Positions 30,882 to 42,663 are shown, counted from the stretch's first letter. The stretch is 64,000 nucleotides of DNA from Candidatus Hydrogenedentota bacterium (GCA_963745075.1 CAVUWV010000015.1:32001-96000), one strand, 5' to 3'. Numbers and translations: made by a program. The notes: generated by a model from the letters alone, not told the origin.

Positions 30882-31889
30882 ATGACAGGACGTGAACGCA
30901 TTTTGGCAATGCTCGAAGGCGAACGGGTCGATTCACTCCCGTTCATGCCCATTACCATGATGTTTGCCACGGACCGGATCGGTAAGCCGTACCGGGACTA
31001 CGCCGCCGACCACCGCGTCCTGGCCGAAGCGCAAATCCACGTCGCGAATGAATTCGACTTCGACTTCGTCTCGACTATTTCGGACCCGGCCCGCGAAGCC
31101 TCGGACTGCGGAGCGGCCGTCGAATGGTTCGACAATCAGCCGCCGGCCATTGACGAGTCGCATGCCTTGCTCGCCGACACTTCGGCGCTCGACGCACTGG
31201 AAATCCCAGACCCCCTCGTGACCACGCGCATGCGCGACCGCATCGACGGCATCGCCTTACTGAAAGAACATGCGGGTGCCGAGAAACTCGTCGAAGGCTG
31301 GATCGAGGGGCCCTGCGCGGAAGCGGCCGATCTTCGTGGCATTAATACGCTGATGTGCGATTTCTTCGAGCAACCCGATTTCATCCACGCGTTGTTCGCC
31401 CGAGTGGTCGAACTGGAGACCCGCTTCGCGCAGGCGCAAATCGACGCCGGAGCGGATATCATCGGTATCGGCGACGCGGCCGCGTCCCTGGTCGGCCCGC
31501 AGATTTACGAAGCGTTCGTCTGGGCCTACGAGAAACAACTCGTCGACGCCGTGCACGCCATGGGTGGCCGCGTGCGGCTGCACATTTGCGGGAACACAGG
31601 GTCGATCCTGAAGGGCATGGGTGAACTGGGTTGCGACATCGTCGACCTCGACTACATGGTGCCTCTCGCCGCCGCTCGGGAAGCCATGGGTCCCGGGCAG
31701 GTCTTGCTGGGCAATCTTGATCCCGTCTCGTGCCTGCGCGCCGGTACGCCCGAATCGGTTACAAAAGCGATTGCCCAGTGCCACGCGGAGGCCGGCCCAC
31801 GCTACATTGTAAGTGCCGGGTGCGAAGTCGTGCGCGACACGCCGGACGACAACATTCGGGCACTCCGCGACTACGCACGAAGCCACTGA
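30882..31889 (+). CDS. Uroporphyrinogen decarboxylase family protein (MtaA/CmuA-like)
   Basis: MTGRERI N-terminus; LHICG and GCE zinc ligands; GNLDP. Confidence 0.85.
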   Translation: MTGRERILAMLEGERVDSLPFMPITMMFATDRIGKPYRDYAADHRVLAEAQIHVANEFDFDFVSTISDPAREASDCGAAVEWFDNQPPAIDESHALLADTSALDALEIPDPLVTTRMRDRIDGIALLKEHAGAEKLVEGWIEGPCAEAADLRGINTLMCDFFEQPDFIHALFARVVELETRFAQAQIDAGADIIGIGDAAASLVGPQIYEAFVWAYEKQLVDAVHAMGGRVRLHICGNTGSILKGMGELGCDIVDLDYMVPLAAAREAMGPGQVLLGNLDPVSCLRAGTPESVTKAIAQCHAEAGPRYIVSAGCEVVRDTPDDNIRALRDYARSH

Positions 31890-32001
31890 CGAATCCGGCT
31901 GTCTCCTTGCGCCCCGGTTAGCGTGCCGGTAGAATCGCGCCCGGCTTCATCACAGCTCGGCCTATCGGTCCGGGCGGAATTCCAGGGAACCCCATTACGA
32001 T

Positions 32002-32784
32002 ATGACTCCCGAACTTGTCATATTTGTCGCCTTTCTCGTGGGCGGAATCGTCCATACCACCGCCGGTTTTGGGTCGGCGCTCGTCGCCATGCCGCTGACC
32101 ACGCTGGTCATCGACGTGCGCGTCGCAACCCCCCTGCAGGCGCTGGCCGGACTGTCGTTGTGTATCCTCATCTTCTACCAGCACCGCGAACACTGGCTCT
32201 GGTGGGAATCGCTCCCGCTCATTCTCGGCGCGCTTGTAGGCATTCCCATCGGCACCTATGCCCTCACATCGTTGCCGCAATCCACTGTGCTGGGCTGTCT
32301 TGCCTTCGTTGTACTCGGATACGCGTTTTTTGACCTGATCGCAACCGGACGGCGTGGGAAAGAAGAGTTACTTGACGAAGGTGCTGACGAGCCGTCCGCA
32401 ACGAAGATACAGGCCGGGAGCGCCTGCGTGGTTGGGCTCTTGTCCGGAATCTTGGGGGGCGCCTACGCAACGGGTGGTCCGCCGGTGGTCATTTATGCGG
32501 CCATTCGCGGTTGGCATAAGGAACGATTCAAATCCATCGTTCAGAGCCTGTTCATTTTCAGCGGAAGTTTTCTGCTCGTCTGGCAGGCCGCGCACGGACT
32601 CATCACCCGGGACGTCGGTCGGTACGCGATCTTCGCGTTTCCAGGGCTATTCTGCGGCATGCTGATCGGACGCGCCGTCGATCGTTACATCGACCACGCA
32701 CGCTTTCGAAGACTCGTGCTGGGCATGTTGGTTTTCCTGGGCACCGTGCTGTTGTTTCGGTCATTGTTCGGGATGATCGGATAG
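32002..32784 (+). CDS. TauE/SafE (TSUP) family membrane protein
   Basis: GFG...AMP and GGAYATGGPP repeats; about 8 TM helices. Confidence 0.8.
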   Translation: MTPELVIFVAFLVGGIVHTTAGFGSALVAMPLTTLVIDVRVATPLQALAGLSLCILIFYQHREHWLWWESLPLILGALVGIPIGTYALTSLPQSTVLGCLAFVVLGYAFFDLIATGRRGKEELLDEGADEPSATKIQAGSACVVGLLSGILGGAYATGGPPVVIYAAIRGWHKERFKSIVQSLFIFSGSFLLVWQAAHGLITRDVGRYAIFAFPGLFCGMLIGRAVDRYIDHARFRRLVLGMLVFLGTVLLFRSLFGMIG

Positions 32785-32786
32785 AC

Positions 32787-34175
32787 CTACGCATCATCAC
32801 TGCCGGGAATCAGACGCGCGCGGCTCTCCAGGTCCACGCCCGCGCGCAGTAACCCGCGTCGTCTCAGTGCGTGATAGGCCGATGCTGCGACGGTCAACAC
32901 CAAATAAGCGACGGCCACGCTTGGACGTTCCAACGCGATGAGCGCCACGAATCCTACCGATGCGGCAATCGTGATGACCGTGCAGAGGACCAATGACCAC
33001 CGGGGAAAGCGGATGTAAGCCGCTCGATATAGGTCCGGGTGGCGTGCTTGCAGTCGCAAGGAAGCCAGACAGATTGCGGACGTCATGATCTGAATCCCCA
33101 CGGCGGCCATGTATCCGTAAAAATCCAGATCGCGATGTGCCAGCATCAGTACGAGGACCAGTCCGATGAACGCGGTCAATGCTACCAGCGGCGCTTTTGC
33201 GTGGGGCGCGATACGTGCCAGCGGCGCAGGCAAGACACCGTCGCGAGCCTGCGCGTAGATCTCGCGCGGCAAAGCAACCGCGGCGGCGTTCAACGATGTG
33301 AGGCCCGCCGTGACCGCGCCAAAGTTAACGAACGCGACGAGTGCCGGCGGTAACAAGAGGGCCCCCGACGCGCTCAAAGGGGCGTTAATGGACTTGTAGG
33401 TCTCGGAATCGAAGGGCAGCGAGTTCACGAACACGACACCGACGAGCACGTAGATGACGGCCACGACACTCCCACCGATGAACAAGGCGAGCGGAATCGT
33501 TCGGCGAGGCTGCTTAATCTCTTCGCCCATTTCGGCCAGAATCTGGAATCCGAGACAGGTGTTGTAGCAGAGAATCACTGCCATCAGGAATCCGGCAGGT
33601 CCTCCCCGCGGGGTGGTAGAAACCTGAAGATCCACCTCAACAAGCCCCGCGACGATGTAAAGCGCCAACGCTGCGATCATCTGGGCCGCCATGACAACTT
33701 GCAGCCCAATCGCGAACCGCACGCCCAGCAGCAGCACCGCATAGAAACCGGCAATGACCGTTATCGCAGCGAGGTGGGGATGCGCGGCCAGACCGCCCGG
33801 CAAGGGAAGGTAACTGACCAAGGCGAGCGACACCACACAAGTCGAGCACGCGCCTCCCAAAAGGACCCAGGCCGAGGTCACGGTACCCGCCATCGGCGAT
33901 AGCATCCGGCTGGCGTATAAGTACCCCGCGCCCGCCCGTGGCAGTGCACTTGCCAATTGGATGATCGGAATCGCGCCCATGAGCGAGACCACCATGGCCA
34001 GGAGAAACGCCAACCAGATAGCCGTCCCCGCCTGCGCGCCGATGGGACCAATCAGCGCGTAGATTCCCGCACCGACCACCCCGCCCACGACAAAGGCAAT
34101 CGAGCCGCCCAAGCCAATCGTCCGCGCGAGATGGGGAGACGACGCCGGGTAAGAAGCGCTATGCGTGGAGCCCAT
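32787..34175 (-). CDS. APC family amino acid permease
   Basis: GGVVGAGIY, PRAGAGY, GEEIKQPRRTIP, R.IYAQARDG; about 12 TM helices. Confidence 0.88.
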   Translation of the reverse strand: MGSTHSASYPASSPHLARTIGLGGSIAFVVGGVVGAGIYALIGPIGAQAGTAIWLAFLLAMVVSLMGAIPIIQLASALPRAGAGYLYASRMLSPMAGTVTSAWVLLGGACSTCVVSLALVSYLPLPGGLAAHPHLAAITVIAGFYAVLLLGVRFAIGLQVVMAAQMIAALALYIVAGLVEVDLQVSTTPRGGPAGFLMAVILCYNTCLGFQILAEMGEEIKQPRRTIPLALFIGGSVVAVIYVLVGVVFVNSLPFDSETYKSINAPLSASGALLLPPALVAFVNFGAVTAGLTSLNAAAVALPREIYAQARDGVLPAPLARIAPHAKAPLVALTAFIGLVLVLMLAHRDLDFYGYMAAVGIQIMTSAICLASLRLQARHPDLYRAAYIRFPRWSLVLCTVITIAASVGFVALIALERPSVAVAYLVLTVAASAYHALRRRGLLRAGVDLESRARLIPGSDDA

Positions 34176-34185
34176 CACGGGCGTG

Positions 34186-35845
34186 TCAGTCCTGTCCGCG
34201 CCAATGTACCGCGGACGGCGGCACGTCGTCCTTCAGTGTGATTGACTTGCCGGTGTCGCCGCTCATGGGAACGTCTACGCGAATCTGATCCGTTTGGTCC
34301 CCGGCGACCTCGATCAATGGGCCGGAATCCTTCGAGGTCATGATGCCGGTGAGCAGTGCGTCCCGCACGTTTACGAACCGGATTTGCGGCGTGCCGTCGG
34401 CGTCCATCCGTGCCTGGAACGCGTCTATGCGAAGATCCTGCACGTCGTCGCAAACCATCGCCGATCCGGGTATCCCTGGTCCGGACGGCTTCGGCGCGCC
34501 AAGCTCTCCCTCCGGCCACTCGAGACGTGTGTCGCCTTCGTTCGTCTGACGCCAATAGCCCTCTTCATAACGCACGTCGATATTCCGCATGGTTACACCA
34601 TCCGCATGACGGCAATACCAGGCGTAAGCGGGGAGTCCTTCAAACATGTCCGCCTCGGGGTATCCACCCGGATACTCGGGCACCGGTTCGTCCGCGGCGC
34701 GAAACGGACCGCCGCCAATATAGCTGATGCGAACATCGGACACGCTGACGTTTTCGACGTTATGACCCGGGATTCCGACAATCGAGCACGCCGTCGACGC
34801 CTCCGTCGCCACGACATTATTGATACTGATATTGCGAACGGTCCCGGGTACGGGCGTTTCCATATCGCGCCCCCGATTGCCGAGCCGGATAAAGATCGGC
34901 GCGCGGACGCGGACCATCGTAATGTTCGTCACCACGACACCATCTAGATTGGAACCGTCCACACTTTCCAGTGCAATCCCGGAAATCGCGGGGCGTCTAC
35001 CCTTCAGCCCCGCCATAACGCAGTTGCTCACCGCGATCCGTTTGAAATCCCCCCCTGATTCCGTCCCCAGCTTAAACGCGTTGCACGCGGTCGATAGATA
35101 GCAGTTCGTAACGGTGATATTCTCGGTTGATCGCCGTTCGCCCAGGGAAAAACTGGCTTTCGGCACAATAGCGTCGTCCCAGGACTCGATGTGGCAGTTC
35201 GAAATGCGCACGTTGCGGCACGAATCCGGATCGATACCGTCGCAATACGCGTTGAGAATGGTTACACCGTCGATAGTGACGTAGTCCGTGCCCAACATGC
35301 TGATGCTATAGTTCGGCGCATTCAGGATGCGGATACCCCGGATCTCGACATAGCGGCAGCGCTTCAAGGCAATGGGCTTCGGCCCGCCCCGGCGTTCAAA
35401 ATTCGCGTCGATGGTGCCTTGGCCGACGATCGCGACGCGTTCGAACGTCCTCGCCCCAAATCAGCGCCTGATGGAAGAAACTCGTCTCGCGGTCGGAGTC
35501 ATTCTTGAATCCGAGTTCCTCGTAGGGGTCGTAGTCCTTGAACTCGCGGCTGCCGAGGATGGTCGCGCCGTTGTCCAGGAACAGCGTGACGCCGCTGCGA
35601 AGATGAAGGCTACCGCAAAGATACTTCCCCGGGGGCAAGAAAACCGTACCCCCGCCCGCATCGGCGCAGGTGTCGATGGCACGCTGAACCGCCTCGGTGT
35701 CCTTCGTGACACCATCCCCCACAGCCCCAAATGCGGGCACGCGATAGGGCGATTGTACGTCCACCGGTTCCGCGTGCCCACAGCACAGACCGCCTAACAC
35801 GATCAATGCGCTCACATAGGCCACTGCATTCCGCGCGCAGCGCAT
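34186..35845 (-). CDS. Glycoside hydrolase family 28 (polygalacturonase-like); one apparent frameshift (~35430)
   Basis: FGAVGDGVTKDT, G.GTID, DGIDPD, DDAI, KLGTES across ORFs 35396..35845 and 34186..35367. Confidence 0.85.
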
Positions 35846-35867
35846 AGTTCAGACCTCCCCGGGTTGG

Positions 35868-36788
35868 CTATTCCGATTCCGGTGCTTCGCCCGCCGCAGT
35901 CAGGCGTTTCTTGGCCTCCTCGTACACGTCATCAGGCAACGGACCCCGTTCGGCCACCGCGACGTTTTCCTTGAGGTGTTCCGGTATCAGGGTCCCGACA
36001 ATCGTCGTATGGCAATGGGGGTGGCTAAGCGTGAAACGCAGCAGGAAGGCCGTGCGCGACTCATTCGGTTCCCGCAACTCGTCCAGCTTGGCCGCTTCGA
36101 ACTTCTTCCACCGCTCCTCGTTACTGCCGCCCTGCGCAACACCCGGTTCGCCGCGGGCCGCGCCGCCGCGGATGATAATGCCTGCGCCCGCTTCCGCCGC
36201 CTTCGTGATCAGATTCTCATGCCGCCGTTCCAGGGCAGAGTAGGGGATCTGAAACACGTCAAACACGCCCCAGTCGATATACGTCGCAAGATGCGGGCTG
36301 GTACTGGAGCATCCGATGAATTTGGTGGCGCCCATTTCCTTGATCTCGTTCAGGGTATCCACCAGCTTAAATTCCTCCGCCTGTTCCACCGTCGGATTGT
36401 GGAGCTGCAGAAGGTCCACATAGTCGACCTGCATCTTCATCAGCGAATCGGCGATGTTCCGCAGTAAATTGTCCCTGGTCCAGATATGCGGGGTTTCGTC
36501 GTGATCGCCCGCGTAGGTTACGTGACACCCGCATTTGGTCGCCAGATAGAATTCGTCGCGTCGGCCGGACAGATACCGCCCGAGATACATCTCACTTTTG
36601 CCGTAATCGTTGGCCGTGTCGATGAAGTTGATGCCGGCGTCGACCACAGCGTTGAGGATGACCTTGGCCTGATCGTCGGTGCACGGGCGGCCGCCCCAGA
36701 TGCGTTCGCCCCGGACTTCCATGGCCCCATGGCCCAACTGCGTAACTTCCAGCCCCGTTCGTCCGAGGGTTCGTTTGGGTAAACTCAT
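35868..36788 (-). CDS. Aldo/keto reductase
   Basis: LGRTGLEV, FIDTANDYG, LATKCG, DLLQLH. Confidence 0.9.
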   Translation of the reverse strand: MSLPKRTLGRTGLEVTQLGHGAMEVRGERIWGGRPCTDDQAKVILNAVVDAGINFIDTANDYGKSEMYLGRYLSGRRDEFYLATKCGCHVTYAGDHDETPHIWTRDNLLRNIADSLMKMQVDYVDLLQLHNPTVEQAEEFKLVDTLNEIKEMGATKFIGCSSTSPHLATYIDWGVFDVFQIPYSALERRHENLITKAAEAGAGIIIRGGAARGEPGVAQGGSNEERWKKFEAAKLDELREPNESRTAFLLRFTLSHPHCHTTIVGTLIPEHLKENVAVAERGPLPDDVYEEAKKRLTAAGEAPESE

Positions 36789-36939
36789 AGCGGCACTCCT
36801 TTTGGTTACACGCACTGCGATTGTGAATCAGTGGGCTCGACCCCATTCTAGCGATTCAGCCCGCGCGAGCAAATCGAGGCTTCTTTTACCTTTCGGCGGA
36901 ATATGGTTAGACTGTTTCCGGCTGACAAGGAGGATGACT

Positions 36940-38445
36940 ATGGCAGTCTATCTACTCGCGGCGGTACTTTGCATGGCCGACCCGCCCAGCGCCGGTGTGG
37001 ATTCGCCACACGTGAGTTTCCGCGTCGTAGACAGCGCGACCTTGGAACCCATTCCGTGCCGTATTCACCTCTTGAACGCCGACGGTGAGGCGCAAAATCC
37101 GGATGGCCTGCCCTTCTTTCGTAATCATTTTGTGTGCGAGGGTACGGTCACCGTGGGTGTCGCGCCCGGGGTGTATACCTACGAAATCGAACGCGGCCCC
37201 GAATACGACACGGCGCGAGGCAAACTCACACTGACCGCAGGCCAGGAGTACACGCAGGAAACGAAGCTGCGACGGATTGCAGACTTACCGGGTCGCGGCT
37301 GGTACCCCGGCGATCTACACGTCCATCGTCCCGTAGAAGACATTGAACTGCTCATGCGCGCCGAAGACCTCTACGTCGCGCCGGTCATCACGTGGTGGAA
37401 CCAGAAGAACCAGTGGTCAGACCGCGCGCTTCCGAAAGACCCCTTGGTACAGTTTGACGGACAGCGGTTCTACCACCTCATGGCCGGCGAAGACGAGCGG
37501 AACGGAGGTGCGTTCCTCTATTTCAACCGAACAAGCCCCCTCGATTTCGGCGATGCCGGCAAGGAGTGGCCGTCGCCCATCGCGTTTCTCGAAAAGAAAG
37601 GCCCGGACACGTGGATCGACATCGAGAAACCCTTCTGGTGGGACGTGCCGGTAGCGCTGGCCCACGGATTCGGCGATTCCATCGGCTTGGCCAACAACCA
37701 CATGTGTCGCAGTTCCATGTACGAAACTGAAGCCTGGGGACACCCGCGCGACGACAAACGCCTGCCCCCGCCGCGCGGCAATGGCTTCTGGTCCCAGGAG
37801 ATTTACTACCACATTCTCAATTGCGGGATTCGAATTCCGCCATCGGCGGGCAGTGCGTCGGGTGTGTTACCAAATCCCCTGGGATATGACCGCGTCTACG
37901 TCCACGTCCCCGGCGAGTTCACCTACGAGAAGTGGTGGGAGGGACTGCGTGCCGGACAGTGTTTCGTCACCAACGGCCCGTTGATGCTGGTCCGCGCCAA
38001 CGGGGAGCTTCCCGGACACGTGTTCCAGTCGGATGGCCCGATCGAGATTGCGCTTGCCGCAGAGATCACCACGCGCGACCCGATTCCGGATATCGAGATT
38101 GTGAAGAATGGCGACGTCGTACAAAGCGTGCCGTTTGAGGATTGGAAGAAGAACAATTCTCTCGGCTCGCTGCGGTTCGACGAGAGCGGCTGGTTCCTCA
38201 TTCGTGCGATTGCCGACGTTCCCGACACATTCCGCTTCGCGTCCTCGGCGCCGTTCTACGTGGAAATCGGCGATTCACCCCGGCGCATCAGCCAGGCTTC
38301 CGCGCAGTTCTTCCTCGACTGGGTTCGCGAACGCGCCGCCGCAATCAATCTGAAAGACGTACCCCATCAGGTCGAGGTCATGCGCTACCACGACGAAGCG
38401 GTGAAATTCTGGGAAGCCAAAGTTGTTCAGGCCAACGCCGACTAG
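36940..38445 (+). CDS. CehA/McbA-like PHP-type metallohydrolase
   Basis: GWYPGDLHVH, FVTNGP, N-terminal carboxypeptidase-regulatory-like segment. AGGAGG RBS. Confidence 0.75.
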   Translation: MAVYLLAAVLCMADPPSAGVDSPHVSFRVVDSATLEPIPCRIHLLNADGEAQNPDGLPFFRNHFVCEGTVTVGVAPGVYTYEIERGPEYDTARGKLTLTAGQEYTQETKLRRIADLPGRGWYPGDLHVHRPVEDIELLMRAEDLYVAPVITWWNQKNQWSDRALPKDPLVQFDGQRFYHLMAGEDERNGGAFLYFNRTSPLDFGDAGKEWPSPIAFLEKKGPDTWIDIEKPFWWDVPVALAHGFGDSIGLANNHMCRSSMYETEAWGHPRDDKRLPPPRGNGFWSQEIYYHILNCGIRIPPSAGSASGVLPNPLGYDRVYVHVPGEFTYEKWWEGLRAGQCFVTNGPLMLVRANGELPGHVFQSDGPIEIALAAEITTRDPIPDIEIVKNGDVVQSVPFEDWKKNNSLGSLRFDESGWFLIRAIADVPDTFRFASSAPFYVEIGDSPRRISQASAQFFLDWVRERAAAINLKDVPHQVEVMRYHDEAVKFWEAKVVQANAD

Positions 38446-38458
38446 GGCTGGACCTGCA

Positions 38459-40226
38459 TTACTTTCCTTCCGCGCAGTACCGCAGCCAGACAGCGAAGGT
38501 CGCGGGCTCGTGCCGCGTTGCTTCCGATAGTGGCTCCAGCACCACGTGCTGTGGATCCGGGTAGCCACCATGGATGTAGGTACAAGCCACCCGGGCGGCT
38601 GGTATCGCGAGAGGCTCCGTGCTACCCCATTGCCCGCTGACCGTAGCCGGTAACAGAACTCGGTTTTCCTGCCAGGGCTCGCCGTAAAACAGCGGGGCGT
38701 CCACTTCATTTGCCCCTAGAATCCATGGCCCGCGCAACAGGACGGCCTCCGTCGGTTCGCCGGTGAGTTGGTCCGGCGTGATGGTCGAACCGTCACGCTT
38801 CAGGAGCCGCGTGGCCAATTCCATGTGGATTGCAAGCCCGTCTCCGGTGTGTAACGTCGCTTGCGGCACGAGGTATTCGCCGTCTACGTGCGACGAAACG
38901 TCACATGCCATTGAACAACACCGTCATTGCGGTAACCCAAGACGGTCGCCGGATCGCCACACGCAATCCCTCCTGCGGAGCTTGATCCACCGTAAGCAGG
39001 TATGCCGGGCTTGTCGATTCTAACGTGACCGTGCGCGAACCGTCGGACCAATGCGCCCCGAGGAACAGATTAACCTTCAGTACGCCCGCATCGTCGGTGA
39101 TGATCGCGTCGGTGATATCACGAAAGGCGCGCAGCCCATGCATCGTGCAGCACCACCACGCACGGCCCTGTCCCAGCGAAGGCGCTACGCCTTGGGAAAA
39201 GAACACGCGGTGACCGAAGTCGCCCGTAGCGTACTGGCCGTCGTAAAATTGGTTAAGCAAACACCATTCCGCCCGCTCCAGGTAGTTGATTTCGCCGGTC
39301 GCGCGCCACAACTGGAGACTCAATCGAATGAAGTCGGCTTCCGAACAGCCTTCATCGCGGTCGTACTTCGTACCGAAATACTCCCGCACGCCTCCATACA
39401 CCAGAAGATCGGGAGACGCAACGAGGTCATCATAGAGCCGCTTGGCCAAATCGAGGTATTGCGGGTCCTTCGACGCCTCGCTGAGATCGACGAGACCGCG
39501 AAGCGTGGTTAAGTAACCGTGAGTGTGTTGGGCGCCCCGTTCCTGCGGAAACCAGGGCAGAATGGCTTTTGCGTCGTCGATATACGCCGTATCACCGGTC
39601 GCCTCGGCCAACATCGCGAAAGGCTCGATCAACTGGCTCAAACAAATCATGCCCGCCGCGCCCAGGTCGTTCACGTGCTTGACTACCGACTCCGACATGC
39701 AGCCCTCGGACGCAGCGGCGAGAAAGTCGCCTGACCGCCGCGCGGCTTCGAGTACCTTAGGATCGGACGTCGCCGCGTGGTACTCAAGAAGACCGACCAG
39801 CAGGCGGCCATTCCCCCAGAGGAGCGCCATGTGGTCCAGGCCAATCGCGTCCGGTGCAAATTCCAGGTCGGTACTCCCGAACCGGCCGTCCGGTTTCTGA
39901 TAAGTCAGTATCTCATCCACGACGCCGGCCAGATGTTGACTGTCGTCCGATTTGGGCATACACGCGAACGCGCCCACGTACCGCCCCGAGAGATCGCCAC
40001 TGTAGTTGGCGAATCGCCGGGGATAGTCCGGCCGCAACGCGACGTCCGCCACGATGAAATCGTCGGTGTATCGGGGATTGTCGCCGGTTAGCATGCGGTT
40101 TTGAACCATCTCCACACGCTGCAACAATTCACCGCGAGGTTCCGCCATGGAACTGTCCCCCTGGGTTGGCGCTCCGCCGAGAGCTACGGCACTCAACAGC
40201 ATCAAACACGATATCGCATGTAACAT
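38459..40226 (-). CDS. GH127-like beta-L-arabinofuranosidase; one apparent frameshift (~38910)
   Basis: EGC and WWCC motifs as in the HypBA1 Zn/Cys site; IRRPSW; LRGPWIL in the downstream frame. Confidence 0.75.
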
Positions 40227-40274
40227 TTCTTAAAAACCTCCCCCTTCTTCAAAACGCCGGTATTCGATCGAGTA

Positions 40275-42554
40275 CTATTCCGGTGTGTTTGACATCGCTT
40301 TCAACCGTTGCCGTTGCGCCGGCAGCCAATGCTCCTGCAAGTCGCGGCAGTTGATCACTTTTTCCACCAGGTCGATGGGCACATAAAAATACTGGTTGGA
40401 CGCCTCGAACCCGATTCGCGAGTCCCGCGTCTGGATGGCATGCAGCCGGGTTGCCAAATCGATTTCGTTGGCCAGCACATCCTCCAATGTGGCGAATGCA
40501 TCTTCAGCCCCTTCCAACGATGTTGCGTTCAACACCACGTCCCGCGCTTGAACGAAGCGAGACTGGTTCGCGACGCTGCGGAAGTGAATCGCGGCCGCTT
40601 CCATCACGTTAAGCTCACCCTGCAGCGCCTCGGAAACGGTGTCCCCGGCGGCATTGCGCAGGCCCGCAAGGGCCGCGTCGAATCCGTCGGCCATCTTCGT
40701 GAACTGGCCGATGAACACGTCCGCGGGATACATGGCGCGCCAGCCCTTGAGGTCGTCATAGGGAATCCCCACCATGGTTGAGGCGTATCCCGTCGGCTCG
40801 CCAAAGAGCGGATTTGCCGGGCCCATTTGCATGGGGGCCCGATACACGACGCTTCCGTTGTACGGAAACTCGCTGAAGGCTGTACTGCACTGCTTCCACG
40901 CCGTCACGACCGCCGGTGCGAGATCCACGCCGTAGCGACGCGTCGCCACCGCCGTCATGGCCTGATCCGGCGTGATGTCCGGTGTGTCCGCCCGGCCCAT
41001 TTCCGCAACAACTTCCAGGTTCGGGGATGGATACCCACCGAGGGTCCAGCCCAACATGAGGCCGTCCACGTTCGCTTTCCGTAGGTTGGCCGCGTGCTGT
41101 GCGACGTTCTCCAGCGCCGGGATATACGGCACGGCGGACAATTCCCACGTATTGCCCGCCTGAATCTTCGCGATGGTTCGCATGCCCCGCGCATGGGCCG
41201 CTGCCCAGTGTTTTGTCGCGCGCGGGCCCGGACCGATCGTCGATATGGAATACTCGCCGACGGCGCTGTCGACGCCGCCCCGCGAAATCGGAATGCTCCA
41301 TTCGCTGACGCTCTGCAACGTGACTTCCGTGGGCAGCGCGTTGATCGCGTCAACGGCCCAGTCATCTTGCCATCCCCAATCCCAGGCAATTAGCCGGGTG
41401 TCCGTACCGGCTTTGTCGATGCCCGCCTGGATGATCGCATTGACCTCCGCGATGACCTCGGCAGCAGGCCGTTTGCTGCACCGCGGGCAGCCGCCGCCAT
41501 TGTGGTGAGACCAGCAGTTGGTCAGGTTTTCCGACGCAGTGATCGTGAAGAATCCAGCCAAATCCGGCACCGCCGTGCAAATAGACGCAATCGAGTCCTC
41601 GATATACGCGCGGACCTCAGGAGCGCTCGTACACATGGCAGCATGGTCGCCCTCGACAACCCCCTTTAGGTCCGGGTGCTCCTCGAAAAACGCAAGCGGC
41701 ATGGCGCGCGGCTCATTCAGGTAGAGATAGATGCCGACGCCATGTTCCTTGGCCCGTGCGACGAGGGCGCGCAAGTTCTCCAGCCGCTCCTCGTATCGGT
41801 CGCTGAGCGCGGGATTCCAGGGAAAGGGCGCCAGCTTATACAGCACCGCCTGCAACCAGACCCCATTCGCGCCGGCACCCGCCATGCGCGCCAACAACCC
41901 GTCGGGATAGGGGTCCGCCTCGGGTTCCAGCAGGGGATCGCCGTACAACGCAAAATAGGAGTAGCAGTAGCGTGGATTGAAGCCGCTTTCGACGGGTTTC
42001 GGCAGCTCCTTTGGCGGTTCGGACAGCCGCGCGACAAATCCAAACAGGGGATCGTTGAATTGCTCCGTCCCATCCGGAAACGCGTGCCGGACTTCATGGG
42101 CGATCAACCGTTCCTGCGCCAGCGTGTTTACATCCGGCGGCGTGTAGTGTAAAGGCTCGCAATGGGGTTTGAGACTGCCCAGCTTGATGTACAGAAAGTC
42201 GTCCTCGCGAAGGGTGAACGCGAGTTGCTCCTCGGTCCAACCCAACAGATCCAGCAATTGGTCGTATGGTAACAAATGCCAATTCCGCCGTATGACGGTG
42301 ATGTAAGATCGCCGGCGCAGGTCTTCGGTGATCGCAGGGGGATCGCCCAGCCCCATCGCCTTGCCCATACGAACCACGTCGGCCGGTTTCGCGCCGATCA
42401 CGCGCGCCATATCCTCCGCGGGTATGAGTTCCCAGTTACGCCACACGAAGGCGTGCACCGTGTCCGGAAAATGATGGTACGAAAGGGCCTCGGGTGCGGG
42501 ACCTTCCGGGAGTTGAGCGGCTGCGACCATCGCGCTAATCACGACAAACATCAT
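40275..42554 (-). CDS. Large secreted hypothetical protein (possible TIM-barrel glycoside hydrolase)
   Basis: 759 aa with signal peptide; GANGVWLQ, YLYLNEP, DSRIGFEASNQYFY. Confidence 0.65.
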   Translation of the reverse strand: MMFVVISAMVAAAQLPEGPAPEALSYHHFPDTVHAFVWRNWELIPAEDMARVIGAKPADVVRMGKAMGLGDPPAITEDLRRRSYITVIRRNWHLLPYDQLLDLLGWTEEQLAFTLREDDFLYIKLGSLKPHCEPLHYTPPDVNTLAQERLIAHEVRHAFPDGTEQFNDPLFGFVARLSEPPKELPKPVESGFNPRYCYSYFALYGDPLLEPEADPYPDGLLARMAGAGANGVWLQAVLYKLAPFPWNPALSDRYEERLENLRALVARAKEHGVGIYLYLNEPRAMPLAFFEEHPDLKGVVEGDHAAMCTSAPEVRAYIEDSIASICTAVPDLAGFFTITASENLTNCWSHHNGGGCPRCSKRPAAEVIAEVNAIIQAGIDKAGTDTRLIAWDWGWQDDWAVDAINALPTEVTLQSVSEWSIPISRGGVDSAVGEYSISTIGPGPRATKHWAAAHARGMRTIAKIQAGNTWELSAVPYIPALENVAQHAANLRKANVDGLMLGWTLGGYPSPNLEVVAEMGRADTPDITPDQAMTAVATRRYGVDLAPAVVTAWKQCSTAFSEFPYNGSVVYRAPMQMGPANPLFGEPTGYASTMVGIPYDDLKGWRAMYPADVFIGQFTKMADGFDAALAGLRNAAGDTVSEALQGELNVMEAAAIHFRSVANQSRFVQARDVVLNATSLEGAEDAFATLEDVLANEIDLATRLHAIQTRDSRIGFEASNQYFYVPIDLVEKVINCRDLQEHWLPAQRQRLKAMSNTPE

Positions 42555-42663
42555 GGTATCTTCCTTTCCATTTCACTACAGCCTACTCCATGAATGGATA
42601 GCAAAGAAACCCTGCAAATATTCCGTTGAACGCAGTTCGTGGAACCAGTACACTCGCGCGATT

